A stretch of 64,000 nt of DNA, taken from positions 3,200,001-3,264,000 of the forward strand of contig OY759599.1 in assembly GCA_963662465.1 (NCBI GenBank). Direction: 5' to 3'. The notes beneath the pieces were generated by a model. It ran no database searches. It was not told the DNA's origin and worked only from the letters and a program-made list of their open reading frames with translations. This document shows positions 51,952 to 60,694 of this stretch, piece after piece. The translations under genes were made by a program, and so were the position numbers. This stretch comes from Desulfatiglandales bacterium. GTDB taxonomy: Bacteria > Desulfobacterota > DSM-4660 > Desulfatiglandales > Desulfatiglandaceae. Position 1 is the first letter of the stretch; each line of letters opens with the position of its first letter.

Positions 51952-52215
51952 CAAGGCTTGTGCCATCGATTTATGGAACATGGTTGACTCCTAATAAAGC
52001 ACCCTTTTGGGTCAGGATACCTATGTTCAATTATGTATTCTCTCCGTAAACTTGTTTTTTTGTCAACAATAAAGCGATTTATCTGCTGGTAAAAAGATTC
52101 AATCTGGATGGACAGGTAAATAAAAAAAACCTTGACATCCCGAGAATATTTCTGTAGGCAGTACTCATCATTGTCAGTTAGAATATAAAAAAACCATCAA
52201 TTTGGGAAGACTTCA

Positions 52216-52293
52216 GTGACACATCATTTTGCAGACGGGTTTCTTTATTATTGGTATTATTTTTATGCCACCTGTCTGCCTATGGTCCGCTGA
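52216..52293 (+). CDS. Aromatic amino-acid attenuator leader peptide MTHHFADGFLYYWYYFYATCLPMVR
   Basis: GTG start after gggaag; F/Y/W run; upstream of aroF. Confidence 0.85.
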   Translation: MTHHFADGFLYYWYYFYATCLPMVR

Positions 52294-52314
52294 AAGATTT
52301 TAATACAACAAGTC

Positions 52315-52349
52315 AAAAGCCGCCGGCAGACAAGCCTGCGGCTTTTTTT
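52315..52349 (+). terminator. Attenuator terminator
   Basis: aaaagccgccggc-agacaa-gcctgcggc followed by T7; overlaps antiterminator arm ggcagaca. Confidence 0.85.
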
Positions 52350-52417
52350 GGTTTTATGGGCCGCGGGAAGCAATGCTTCTCCCGGCCCTTTTGCTTCTAA
52401 AATAAGGAGCGTTTACC

Positions 52418-53530
52418 ATGAAAAAGACTTACGATGTCAACATCGAATCATTCAACCCCTTGATTGCCCCCGATGCCTTGAAGGATGAATTCCCCATCTC
52501 CGAGCGCGCCGGTGAAACGGTCTTGAAGAGCCGGGAAGAAATCCAGCGTATCTTGAAAAAAGAGGACAAACGATTGCTGGTGGTGGCAGGCCCCTGTTCC
52601 ATCCATGATGAAACCGCGGCATTGGACTACGCAAAACGTCTGAACCGGCTGAGGAAAGAGGTTGAAGACACCCTGGTGGTAGTCATGCGGGTCTATTTCG
52701 AAAAACCCCGGACAACAGTCGGTTGGAAGGGCTTGATCAATGATCCCCATCTGGACGACACCTATGATATGTTGACCGGCATCCGGAAGGCCCGCAAGCT
52801 GCTCATCGACATTACGGAAATGGGACTGCCCACGGGAACGGAGATGCTGGATCCCTTTACGCCGCAGTACATTGCCGGATTGGTCTCCTGGGCCGCCATC
52901 GGGGCACGAACCACCGAAAGCCAGATACACCGTGAAATGGCATCGGGCCTCTCCATGCCCGTGGGGTTCAAGAACTGCACGGACGGCGGTCTCGCCAATG
53001 CCGTCAATGCCATCATCGCGGCGGGGTCTTCCCAAAGTTTTGTGGGGATCGATCCCAACGGACGGGCCAGCATCGTCAATACCAAGGGTAATCCCTATAC
53101 CCACATGGTTTTACGGGGAGGCGCCCGACCCAATTACGATTCCGTCAGCATTCGCCAGGCCATCGATCAACTGCATGCCAAGGGCTTGTCCGATGCCATC
53201 GTGGTGGATTGCTCCCACGCCAATTCGTGGAAAAAATATGACAACCAGGCCGTTGTCTGGCAGGATGTCATTAATCAGAAGCTGGACGGCAACGATGCGG
53301 TGGTGGGCATGATGCTCGAAAGCAATATTCATGAAGGAAACCAGAAGAATACCGGCGATTTGAAAACCATGACATACGGGGTGTCCATCACCGATGAGTG
53401 CATTTCGTGGGAAACCACTGAAAACCTGTTGCGAACGGCCCATGAGCAGTTGATGCGAAACGGCCTTTCCCGGTCGGGGGCGCCGCTTCAGAACGGAAAC
53501 GGAAGATACTCCGTTGCCGCCGCGGCTTGA
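52418..53530 (+). CDS. aroF: DAHP synthase class I-alpha
   Basis: GPCSIHD, YFEKPRT.VGWKG, AIGARTTESQ.HRE, DCSHANS. Confidence 0.95.
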   Translation: MKKTYDVNIESFNPLIAPDALKDEFPISERAGETVLKSREEIQRILKKEDKRLLVVAGPCSIHDETAALDYAKRLNRLRKEVEDTLVVVMRVYFEKPRTTVGWKGLINDPHLDDTYDMLTGIRKARKLLIDITEMGLPTGTEMLDPFTPQYIAGLVSWAAIGARTTESQIHREMASGLSMPVGFKNCTDGGLANAVNAIIAAGSSQSFVGIDPNGRASIVNTKGNPYTHMVLRGGARPNYDSVSIRQAIDQLHAKGLSDAIVVDCSHANSWKKYDNQAVVWQDVINQKLDGNDAVVGMMLESNIHEGNQKNTGDLKTMTYGVSITDECISWETTENLLRTAHEQLMRNGLSRSGAPLQNGNGRYSVAAAA

Positions 53531-53571
53531 TTACTTTATCGATCAACAATCATTCAATGGGAGCGATACGG

Positions 53572-54597
53572 ATGAATACCCTTGAAATACACGGCAGCAC
53601 CGGAAAATCAACCCTCCTGGTGGGTGAAAAACTAGGAAATCTCGGCGCCTGTTTACCTCCCTCGCGAACGGTCATCATCACCGACGGAAACGTCCGGCAT
53701 CTTTACGGAGATCAGTTTCCCGAAGCGCAAGTCATCGAGATCGGCATGGGTGAAGAAATCAAAACCCTTGAGACGATCAAGGATATTTTTCAGGAACTGG
53801 TGGACCATGAAGCGGATCGAACCGTTTTCATCGTGGGGATCGGCGGCGGCATTGTCTGCGATATTTCGGGCTTCGTAGCCTCTACCTACATGAGGGGCGT
53901 CCGGTTCGGGTTTGTGGCAACCACGTTGCTGGCCCAGGTGGATGCCGGTGTGGGGGGGAAAAACGGCGTCAATTTTTCCGGGTACAAAAACATGGTGGGC
54001 GTGTTCAATCAGCCCGAGTTTGTCATTTGTGATCCCGAGGTCCTCAAAACACTCTCGGAGCGGGACCGGGGATGCGGCCTGGCGGAGATCGTCAAACATG
54101 CCGCCATCGCGGATGATCGCCTTTTCGCCTATCTGGAGGAAAACGTGGCGGCGGTATCGGCCATGGACCCGGCAGCCGTACGGAGAATGGTATACGACTC
54201 GGCGGTGATTAAATCGGGAATCGTCAACCGGGACGAAAAGGAAACCGGGGAACGCCGCAAACTCAATTTCGGGCATACCGTTGGGCATGCCGTGGAAAAG
54301 GTCCACAAACTACCCCATGGCGAAGCGGTTAGTATCGGTATGATGGCGGCGGCGAAACTCTCCGCTCGAAGGGGCTATCTGACCGAGCCCCAGGTGGCAC
54401 GCCTGGCGAAATTGCTCGAATCCCTCAAGCTTCCCACACGGTTGGCAATTGACAGAGCAAAAATTATTGACGCGCTGCGCCACGATAAGAAACGGGAAAA
54501 CGATACGGTCCATTTTGTACTCCTTCGCCGCATGGGTGAAGCCGTGGTGGAACCCATCCCACTATCGACGCTGGAAGCGGTGATCGGGGAACTGTAA
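53572..54597 (+). CDS. aroB: 3-dehydroquinate synthase
   Basis: GGGIVCD, TTLLAQVDA.VGGK, LNFGHT. Confidence 0.95.
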   Translation: MNTLEIHGSTGKSTLLVGEKLGNLGACLPPSRTVIITDGNVRHLYGDQFPEAQVIEIGMGEEIKTLETIKDIFQELVDHEADRTVFIVGIGGGIVCDISGFVASTYMRGVRFGFVATTLLAQVDAGVGGKNGVNFSGYKNMVGVFNQPEFVICDPEVLKTLSERDRGCGLAEIVKHAAIADDRLFAYLEENVAAVSAMDPAAVRRMVYDSAVIKSGIVNRDEKETGERRKLNFGHTVGHAVEKVHKLPHGEAVSIGMMAAAKLSARRGYLTEPQVARLAKLLESLKLPTRLAIDRAKIIDALRHDKKRENDTVHFVLLRRMGEAVVEPIPLSTLEAVIGEL

Positions 54598-54613
54598 TGG
54601 AGATAAAAATCCT

Positions 54614-55771
54614 ATGAAACAGCTATCGGAGCGTATACGACAGGTATCCACATCCAGAACCGTTCATTTGAGCGGTGTGATTGACACCCTTCGGCGGCAA
54701 GGGCGCCATATCATCAATCTCGGTATCGGTGAGCCGGACGCCCCCCCCTCACCCCATGTTCTTTCCGGAACAAGTGCCGCCATCACAGGAGGAAAAACCC
54801 GCTATGGCCCCGTATCGGGCATTCCGGAACTGCGCGAAGCGGTGGCCGGGCGGTTCGAGGGGTATGACCATGAAAACATCATCATTACCAACGGGAGCAA
54901 GCAAGCCCTGTACATGGCGCTGCAAGTGCTTTGTAACCCGGGCGACGAGGTAATCATCCCCCGCCCCTGCTGGGTCAGCTTCCGCGAACAAATCAAATTG
55001 GCCGGCGCGAGACCCGTGCTGGTGGATACGACAAGCCATCAGCTTGATTGCAATGCCATTGAAGGGGCCGTCAATGCCCACACCAAGGCCGTCATCATCA
55101 ACAGCCCCAATAACCCGACGGGTGCGGTCTACCCTAAGGAAGACCTCAGGAAAGTCGCCGATCTGGCCCGGGCCCATGATCTTTATCTCATATCCGATGA
55201 GGCCTATGAGGCCTTTGTCTATGACGGATGGCCGAAAGCCCGGCTCTTTGATTTTCCTTACGTCCGGGACCGCCTGATTGTCGCCGGAAGCTTCTCGAAA
55301 ACCTATTGCATGACCGGGTTCAGAATCGGGTATGCCGCGGCCCCCAAAGACATCATCACGGCCATGGCGCGCTTACAGAGTCATTTAACGGGCAATGTGT
55401 GTACCTTTGCGCAACATGGGGCCCTTGGCGCTACCCGAATCGATCCATCCGGTTTTGACCGCTGGCTGAACACGTTGCAAAAAAGGCGGGACATGACCCT
55501 GGAAATACTGAGAGATTTACCGTGCCACATCCCCCGGGGCGCGTTTTATGTGTTTCCCGACATCACTCGTTGCTTGAAAAACGGTGAAGGCGCTGAGGAC
55601 CTGGCAACGGAGATATTGCAACACGCAAACGTGGCCGTGACGCCGGGCGAGGCATTCGGCGGAGAGGGGCATATTCGCATCTGTTACGCCATCGCGGAAA
55701 AACCGCTGACGGAAGGGCTTAAGAGATTGGCGCAGGTACTCAATAAAAGGATGGGAGCAACCACAACATGA
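54614..55771 (+). CDS. Class I aminotransferase (aspartate/prephenate aminotransferase-like)
   Basis: GIGEPD, NSPNNPTG, SDEAY, SFSKTYCMTGFRIG; operon context. Confidence 0.88.
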   Translation: MKQLSERIRQVSTSRTVHLSGVIDTLRRQGRHIINLGIGEPDAPPSPHVLSGTSAAITGGKTRYGPVSGIPELREAVAGRFEGYDHENIIITNGSKQALYMALQVLCNPGDEVIIPRPCWVSFREQIKLAGARPVLVDTTSHQLDCNAIEGAVNAHTKAVIINSPNNPTGAVYPKEDLRKVADLARAHDLYLISDEAYEAFVYDGWPKARLFDFPYVRDRLIVAGSFSKTYCMTGFRIGYAAAPKDIITAMARLQSHLTGNVCTFAQHGALGATRIDPSGFDRWLNTLQKRRDMTLEILRDLPCHIPRGAFYVFPDITRCLKNGEGAEDLATEILQHANVAVTPGEAFGGEGHIRICYAIAEKPLTEGLKRLAQVLNKRMGATTT

Positions 55772-56487
55772 TCGGAATTATCGGTTTCGGCAGATTCGGC
55801 CGGCTAATGGCCGGATATCTGGCCAAGGATTTCACGGTTAAGGTCTTCAACCGGAGCGACAAATCAACGGAAATCGCCGAAGCGGGCGCCATGCCGGCGA
55901 CCCTGGCGGAGGCATGCGGGCAAAAGATCGTTATCTTGAGCGTCCCCATTTCCACCATGCGGGAGATGCTCGAACAGATGGCGCCGCTGGTGGGCCCGGA
56001 AACACTGGTAGTCGATGTCTGCTCCGTGAAGGTTTATCCGGTAGCGTGGATGACGGCGGCCCTTCCACCTTCGGTTTCGTTGTTGGCCACGCACCCCATG
56101 TTCGGCCCCGACAGCGCGGCCGAGTCCCTCCATGACCGGAAAATCGTTCTCTGCAACGTGCGGATCGACAACGACCGGTATCAAAAGGTGAAAAGCTACC
56201 TGACCGGAAAAGGGCTCAACGTGATCGAGGCAACCCCCGAAGAACATGACCGCCAGATCGCCATCAGCCTCTCCCTGACCCATTTCATCGGCAGGGCCCT
56301 GGACGAATTCGGCGCACGGGAACTCATGATTGATACGGAGGGGTATAAACGGCTGCTTCATATCCTGGGGGTGGTAACCCATGATACCTGGCAGCTTTTC
56401 ACGGACATGCATCGATACAATCCCTATGCACGGGAAAACCGGCGCGCATTCATGGCAGCCATCGCGCAACTGGAGGAAAAACTGTAA
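55768..56487 (+). CDS. tyrA: Prephenate/arogenate dehydrogenase
   Basis: GFGRFG, DVCSVK, HPMFGP, EEHD. Confidence 0.9.
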   Translation: MIGIIGFGRFGRLMAGYLAKDFTVKVFNRSDKSTEIAEAGAMPATLAEACGQKIVILSVPISTMREMLEQMAPLVGPETLVVDVCSVKVYPVAWMTAALPPSVSLLATHPMFGPDSAAESLHDRKIVLCNVRIDNDRYQKVKSYLTGKGLNVIEATPEEHDRQIAISLSLTHFIGRALDEFGARELMIDTEGYKRLLHILGVVTHDTWQLFTDMHRYNPYARENRRAFMAAIAQLEEKL

Positions 56488-56612
56488 AATCGTCCTCTCC
56501 CTTACCCTGACCTCTGTATGCTCTAAAATTTATTGACCCTCAACATGATTTCCACTATACAGTTTCTAGAAAGGAACTGTTTTTTGTCAGCCCATCTTTG
56601 AAAGGGATTGTC

Positions 56613-57650
56613 ATGCCGAGAAAAATTGCCATCTGCAGTCAGAAGGGTGGCGTTGGAAAAACCACCACCGCCGTAAATCTGGCAGCCGCGCTGGCCGGAA
56701 ATGGCAACAGGGTGCTGCTGGTTGACACTGACTCCCAATGCAGCGCCACCATTTCCTGTGGCTATGATAAGAAAAGCGTGGGTCTTTCCGTCTATGACCT
56801 GCTGGTAAATCCCGGTCAAAGTCCGGCCCCTATTGTGCGTAAATGCGATACCGACTTGTTGTGGCTGTTGCCCGGCTCGCCTTCACTGGTTTCCGCTGAA
56901 ATAGAGCTGGTGAAGGAGATGGGAAGAGAATTCATTTTTAAAGAAAAGATGGAAGAAATCGTCGATGATTATGACTTTATCATTGTAGATTGCACACCGG
57001 GCGTCAGTTTGCTGGTATTGAACGCCCTGTTTTTCTGCGATGAAGTGATCCTTCCCGTTCAGAGTCAGTTTCTGGCCCTGGAAGGCATGGATCAAATGCT
57101 CCATGCCCTGTTGGTCATCACTCAGCGGATGCGTCATCCCATCAAACTGGCGGGGGTCCTCTGCACCATGTATGACAGAAGAACGAATTTGAGCATCTAC
57201 ATTTTGGAGCAGTTGGCACAGTTGTTCTCCAAGGGTTTGTTGTCCACGATCATCAAAATCAATACCAAACTGGCGGAAGCACCGGTACAGGGCAAAAACA
57301 TCTTTGAACATGCCCCATCCTGCAATGGCGCCGACGACTACATTCGGCTTGCAAAAGAAGTTATTGACCGCGGTGATCCGTCCTGGCAGGATCGATATAA
57401 ATCTCCGGGAGAAATACGGCAGACCGGAGGCGCCGGCGGCATTACGGTCCCGGAACTGGGTCCTTTCAGCCAAACCATAGAAGAACTGAAATCCGTGGTG
57501 AATCAAATATTGTCCGCGGAGGGTTTGCGGGCGGATCAGGAGAAAACCGCGGCGACAGAAAGCCCTTCGCCCCAACCGGCTGAAGACAAGACCACCGGCG
57601 AATCATCCGTTTCGGTCAGCCTGACGGAAGAAGACGCGCTGTTCGGATAA
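56613..57650 (+). CDS. ParA/Soj ATPase with an acidic C-terminal extension
   Basis: QKGGVGKTT, VDTDSQ, TMYD.RT. Confidence 0.9.
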   Translation: MPRKIAICSQKGGVGKTTTAVNLAAALAGNGNRVLLVDTDSQCSATISCGYDKKSVGLSVYDLLVNPGQSPAPIVRKCDTDLLWLLPGSPSLVSAEIELVKEMGREFIFKEKMEEIVDDYDFIIVDCTPGVSLLVLNALFFCDEVILPVQSQFLALEGMDQMLHALLVITQRMRHPIKLAGVLCTMYDRRTNLSIYILEQLAQLFSKGLLSTIIKINTKLAEAPVQGKNIFEHAPSCNGADDYIRLAKEVIDRGDPSWQDRYKSPGEIRQTGGAGGITVPELGPFSQTIEELKSVVNQILSAEGLRADQEKTAATESPSPQPAEDKTTGESSVSVSLTEEDALFG

Positions 57651-57730
57651 CAGGACAGTCCCAGACATTGCGGGATGCTTTCCTTCGGGATGGCATCAAA
57701 CCAAAAAATGCATAAGGAGAGGGAGATACC

Positions 57731-58510
57731 ATGAACCCTGGAAAAGTCATCGCCATTACATCTCTGAAAGGGGGCGTCGGCAAAACAACCTCCGCCGTCA
57801 ATATCGCCGCATGCTTCGCCGGAATGGGGAAAAACACACTCTTGCTGGATCTGGATCCCCACACGGGCGCCACCCTGCACCTGGGACTCGATTTCAAGGA
57901 TCTGGAACTAACGGCTTATGATCTGTTGATGGAACCGGATATTGTCCTCAGGGATGTGGTGTGCGGCACCCGCTGGGAAAAGTTGTCTATCATCCCTTCT
58001 TCCGGGGACCTGATCCAGTGCGATGCCGGGATGGAGAGCCGCGTGGGCAGGGAAAACCTCTTGTACGAAAAATTTGACGACCACCTCGATCAGTACGATT
58101 TTTTGATTATCGATGTGCCCCCCGTGGTATCGCTGCTGCTGTTCAATGCCCTCAGGGCTGCGGATTTTGTTCTGAGTCCTTTCCGAACAAACTACATGAG
58201 CGTTGTCACCATGGATGAACTGAACCATCTCATCACAAAGGTGTCTTCCAGACTTAACCCGGGAATTGAGATCCTGGGTTATTTTGGAACCATGTATGAC
58301 AGGCGCACAAAGGAATCGGAACAGTCCCTGAGCGACATGCGGGAAAAATATGGCGACAAAGTCTTCAACACCGTGATTCCCGCCAATGTAGCCCTTGCGA
58401 GAGCCGCTCGCGACGGCGTTCCCATAACCGAATATGCCAAAACCTCCGTCGGTGCGACATCATACCAGACACTGTCTGAAGAGATTTTAGCCAAAATCAC
58501 ACACGACTGA
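57731..58510 (+). CDS. ParA/Soj ATPase
   Basis: LKGGVGKTT, DLDPH, IDVPP. Confidence 0.9.
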   Translation: MNPGKVIAITSLKGGVGKTTSAVNIAACFAGMGKNTLLLDLDPHTGATLHLGLDFKDLELTAYDLLMEPDIVLRDVVCGTRWEKLSIIPSSGDLIQCDAGMESRVGRENLLYEKFDDHLDQYDFLIIDVPPVVSLLLFNALRAADFVLSPFRTNYMSVVTMDELNHLITKVSSRLNPGIEILGYFGTMYDRRTKESEQSLSDMREKYGDKVFNTVIPANVALARAARDGVPITEYAKTSVGATSYQTLSEEILAKITHD

Positions 58511-58535
58511 AAAGACATCTCAAGGCGGCGACGAA

Positions 58536-59420
58536 TTGACCGTTGCCCCATCAATGCCGACATCCAACCATGGGAATTTGGGTTTTCAACCGATGAAGCT
58601 GGATTATCTGAAAGACTTTGTTCCTGATTCGGGAAAACGAAACGGCTTATTCACCATCGGCATCGCCAGCGGCAAAGGCGGAGTCGGGAAGTCCTCCGTG
58701 GCCGTAAATCTTGCACTTGCGCTTGCTCAGTTGAAACAGAAGGTTATCCTGTTCGATGGAGATCTGGGACTGGGAAATATCGCTTTCATGCTGCGCCTGA
58801 AGGGACCTTATTCGACCCTCGAACATGTTGTTTCGGGCGCCAAGACATTGAAAGAAGTCCTGATAGAGGGACCGAAAGGCGTTCTGGTGATTCCCGCCGG
58901 ATCGGGCGTTGAAAAGCTGGCCAATCTGACTTCGGAGGAAATCCGGCATCTCAGGGATCAATTTCAAACCATTGAGCAATACGGCGATTTCATGATCATT
59001 GATCTCAGTGCCGGGATATCGAGACCGACCATCGAGTTTTTACTGACGTCCTCCGCCATAATGATCGTGACAACCCCCAAAGGGAGCGCTCTTCTGGATG
59101 CCTATGCATTGATAAAAGTGCTTGCCGGAAAGTCGCCTGGCTGCGACGTGGGCATCTTAATCAATCAATATGCCGATCTGACCGAAAAGGCCCAGGTAGC
59201 CGCCAGGCTCAAGACGGTCTGTAAAAAATTTCTGGATCTTGACGTCAAAGAAGTGGGAGGAGTTAAAAAAGACTGGCGCGTGGAAAAGGCGCTCAACACA
59301 CAGCTGCCATTTATACTCCAATTCCCCAATGCCCTCATCAGCAAGTCAATTCTGGACCTGGGGCGTTACTACATCAATTCACAAACGGATTGCCGAGGAA
59401 ACCGAAAAAATGGCGGATAA
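58536..59420 (+). CDS. MinD/FlhG-like ATPase
   Basis: SGKGGVGKS, DGDLGLGN, DAYALIK; start may be 58593. Confidence 0.88.
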   Translation: MTVAPSMPTSNHGNLGFQPMKLDYLKDFVPDSGKRNGLFTIGIASGKGGVGKSSVAVNLALALAQLKQKVILFDGDLGLGNIAFMLRLKGPYSTLEHVVSGAKTLKEVLIEGPKGVLVIPAGSGVEKLANLTSEEIRHLRDQFQTIEQYGDFMIIDLSAGISRPTIEFLLTSSAIMIVTTPKGSALLDAYALIKVLAGKSPGCDVGILINQYADLTEKAQVAARLKTVCKKFLDLDVKEVGGVKKDWRVEKALNTQLPFILQFPNALISKSILDLGRYYINSQTDCRGNRKNGG

Positions 59421-59488
59421 AACACCCATAGCGCTACATCATATTTGAGGAGGACAACATCATCTATTACACGAAAGAACGGTCTGGA

Positions 59489-60016
59489 TTGATCAAACAC
59501 ATCAGTCTCGGACTCATTCATATCTATTACGGGGAGGGGGTCGGCAAAACCACCCGTGCGGTGGGTCTAGCCGTCAGGGCCGCCGGAGTGGGACTCAAGG
59601 TCAATTTCGTTCAATTTATGAAATCGGGCACCTCGGGAGAAATCCTCATCTTTGCCAATATTCCCAATATTCAATACCAATGCCCGGGGAAACACCCTTT
59701 TATTCTGTCCCGGGGGCCCGAAGCCATTCACTACGAACATGCCGCCGAAGCGTTTCGTTACGCCGTTGAGGCCGTGAAAGACAAAACGCAATTGCTCATC
59801 TGCGATGAAATTCTGAATACCCTCATTTTCGGAACCTTGGAAAAAAAGCAGATCCTTAATTTGATGAGCATGTGCCGGGGCAAAACCGAACTGGTTATGA
59901 CCGGTGTCAGCGCGCCGGAAAATCTCATTGAACAAGCAGATTACGTCACCGAACTCAGGCAGATCAAACACCCCTACTATTCTGGCGCCAAGGCGCGACG
60001 GGGCATTGAATTTTAG
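59489..60016 (+). CDS. cobO: Cob(I)yrinate adenosyltransferase CobO/BtuR family
   Basis: YYGEGVGKTT.A.G, VQFMK, DEI, ADYVTE...KHPY..G..ARRGIEF. Confidence 0.88.
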   Translation: MIKHISLGLIHIYYGEGVGKTTRAVGLAVRAAGVGLKVNFVQFMKSGTSGEILIFANIPNIQYQCPGKHPFILSRGPEAIHYEHAAEAFRYAVEAVKDKTQLLICDEILNTLIFGTLEKKQILNLMSMCRGKTELVMTGVSAPENLIEQADYVTELRQIKHPYYSGAKARRGIEF

Positions 60017-60026
60017 GTTGCACAAA

Positions 60027-60066
60027 GATCTGTCGGATCGGTCTAATCAGACCGATCCGACAGATC
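60027..60066. repeat. Perfect 18-bp stem hairpin built of 9-mer (gaccgatcc-like) units
   Basis: gatctgtcggatcggtct-aatc-agaccgatccgacagatc. Confidence 0.8.
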
Positions 60067-60152
60067 CGACCGAGTCCCCCTACACCCCGGATAGCCGCTA
60101 CAACCCCAAAACCGAGACCCCGCATTTTTTCCCCGCTGTGCGGTTCGCTGGA

Positions 60153-60653
60153 TCATGGGCTTGCCACACCGCGAACAAGACAGGGTTTTGATCTGATCGG
60201 GAGATCTTCCACTCCTTCGCGCCCGCTCGGCGAGACGGGCCGCCGTAAGCAGGCTTCGGGAGTATCCTTAGTCCACTGAGGACGCTTCCCCTGGCGGAGA
60301 TAGTCCTTAAAGTCCAAAAGCAGTTCATCCAGGCTGGCGCGCGCCACATTGGTCAAGAAAGTTTCCGACTTGCTGCTCGTCGCACCTGCTCGACTACCCT
60401 CCGCGATGTTCTGACGCCCACTCCGTGCCGCCTGTACCATCTGGTCATGGGTGCGGGAGCGAGGGTTGACAAATCGCCCGCAGAACAAAACCGTGCCGTC
60501 ATAAATGATTGTGGTCGTCTGGAAACTCCGCAGCTGCCGGTATCCACCGCTCGGCCTCAGACGCCGTTTTGTCGAATCCGTCCGATCCGTCTGAGCTACC
60601 CGATCAGACTTCCACCGCTCATCCGGCGGCTCTCGAAACGCCCCCTTCTTCAT
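60153..60653 (-). CDS. Four-helix-bundle (23S IVP/Avd-like) protein, C-terminus probably degenerate
   Basis: GGYRQL.SFQ....YD.T..FC..F...SRT.DQMVQAARSGRQNIAEGS, NVARASLDELL.D..DYLRQ. Confidence 0.8.
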   Translation of the reverse strand: MKKGAFREPPDERWKSDRVAQTDRTDSTKRRLRPSGGYRQLRSFQTTTIIYDGTVLFCGRFVNPRSRTHDQMVQAARSGRQNIAEGSRAGATSSKSETFLTNVARASLDELLLDFKDYLRQGKRPQWTKDTPEACLRRPVSPSGREGVEDLPIRSKPCLVRGVASP

Positions 60654-60694
60654 ATCAGATGTATCCTTTCAGCACCCTTTTAAAACTGAAAATC

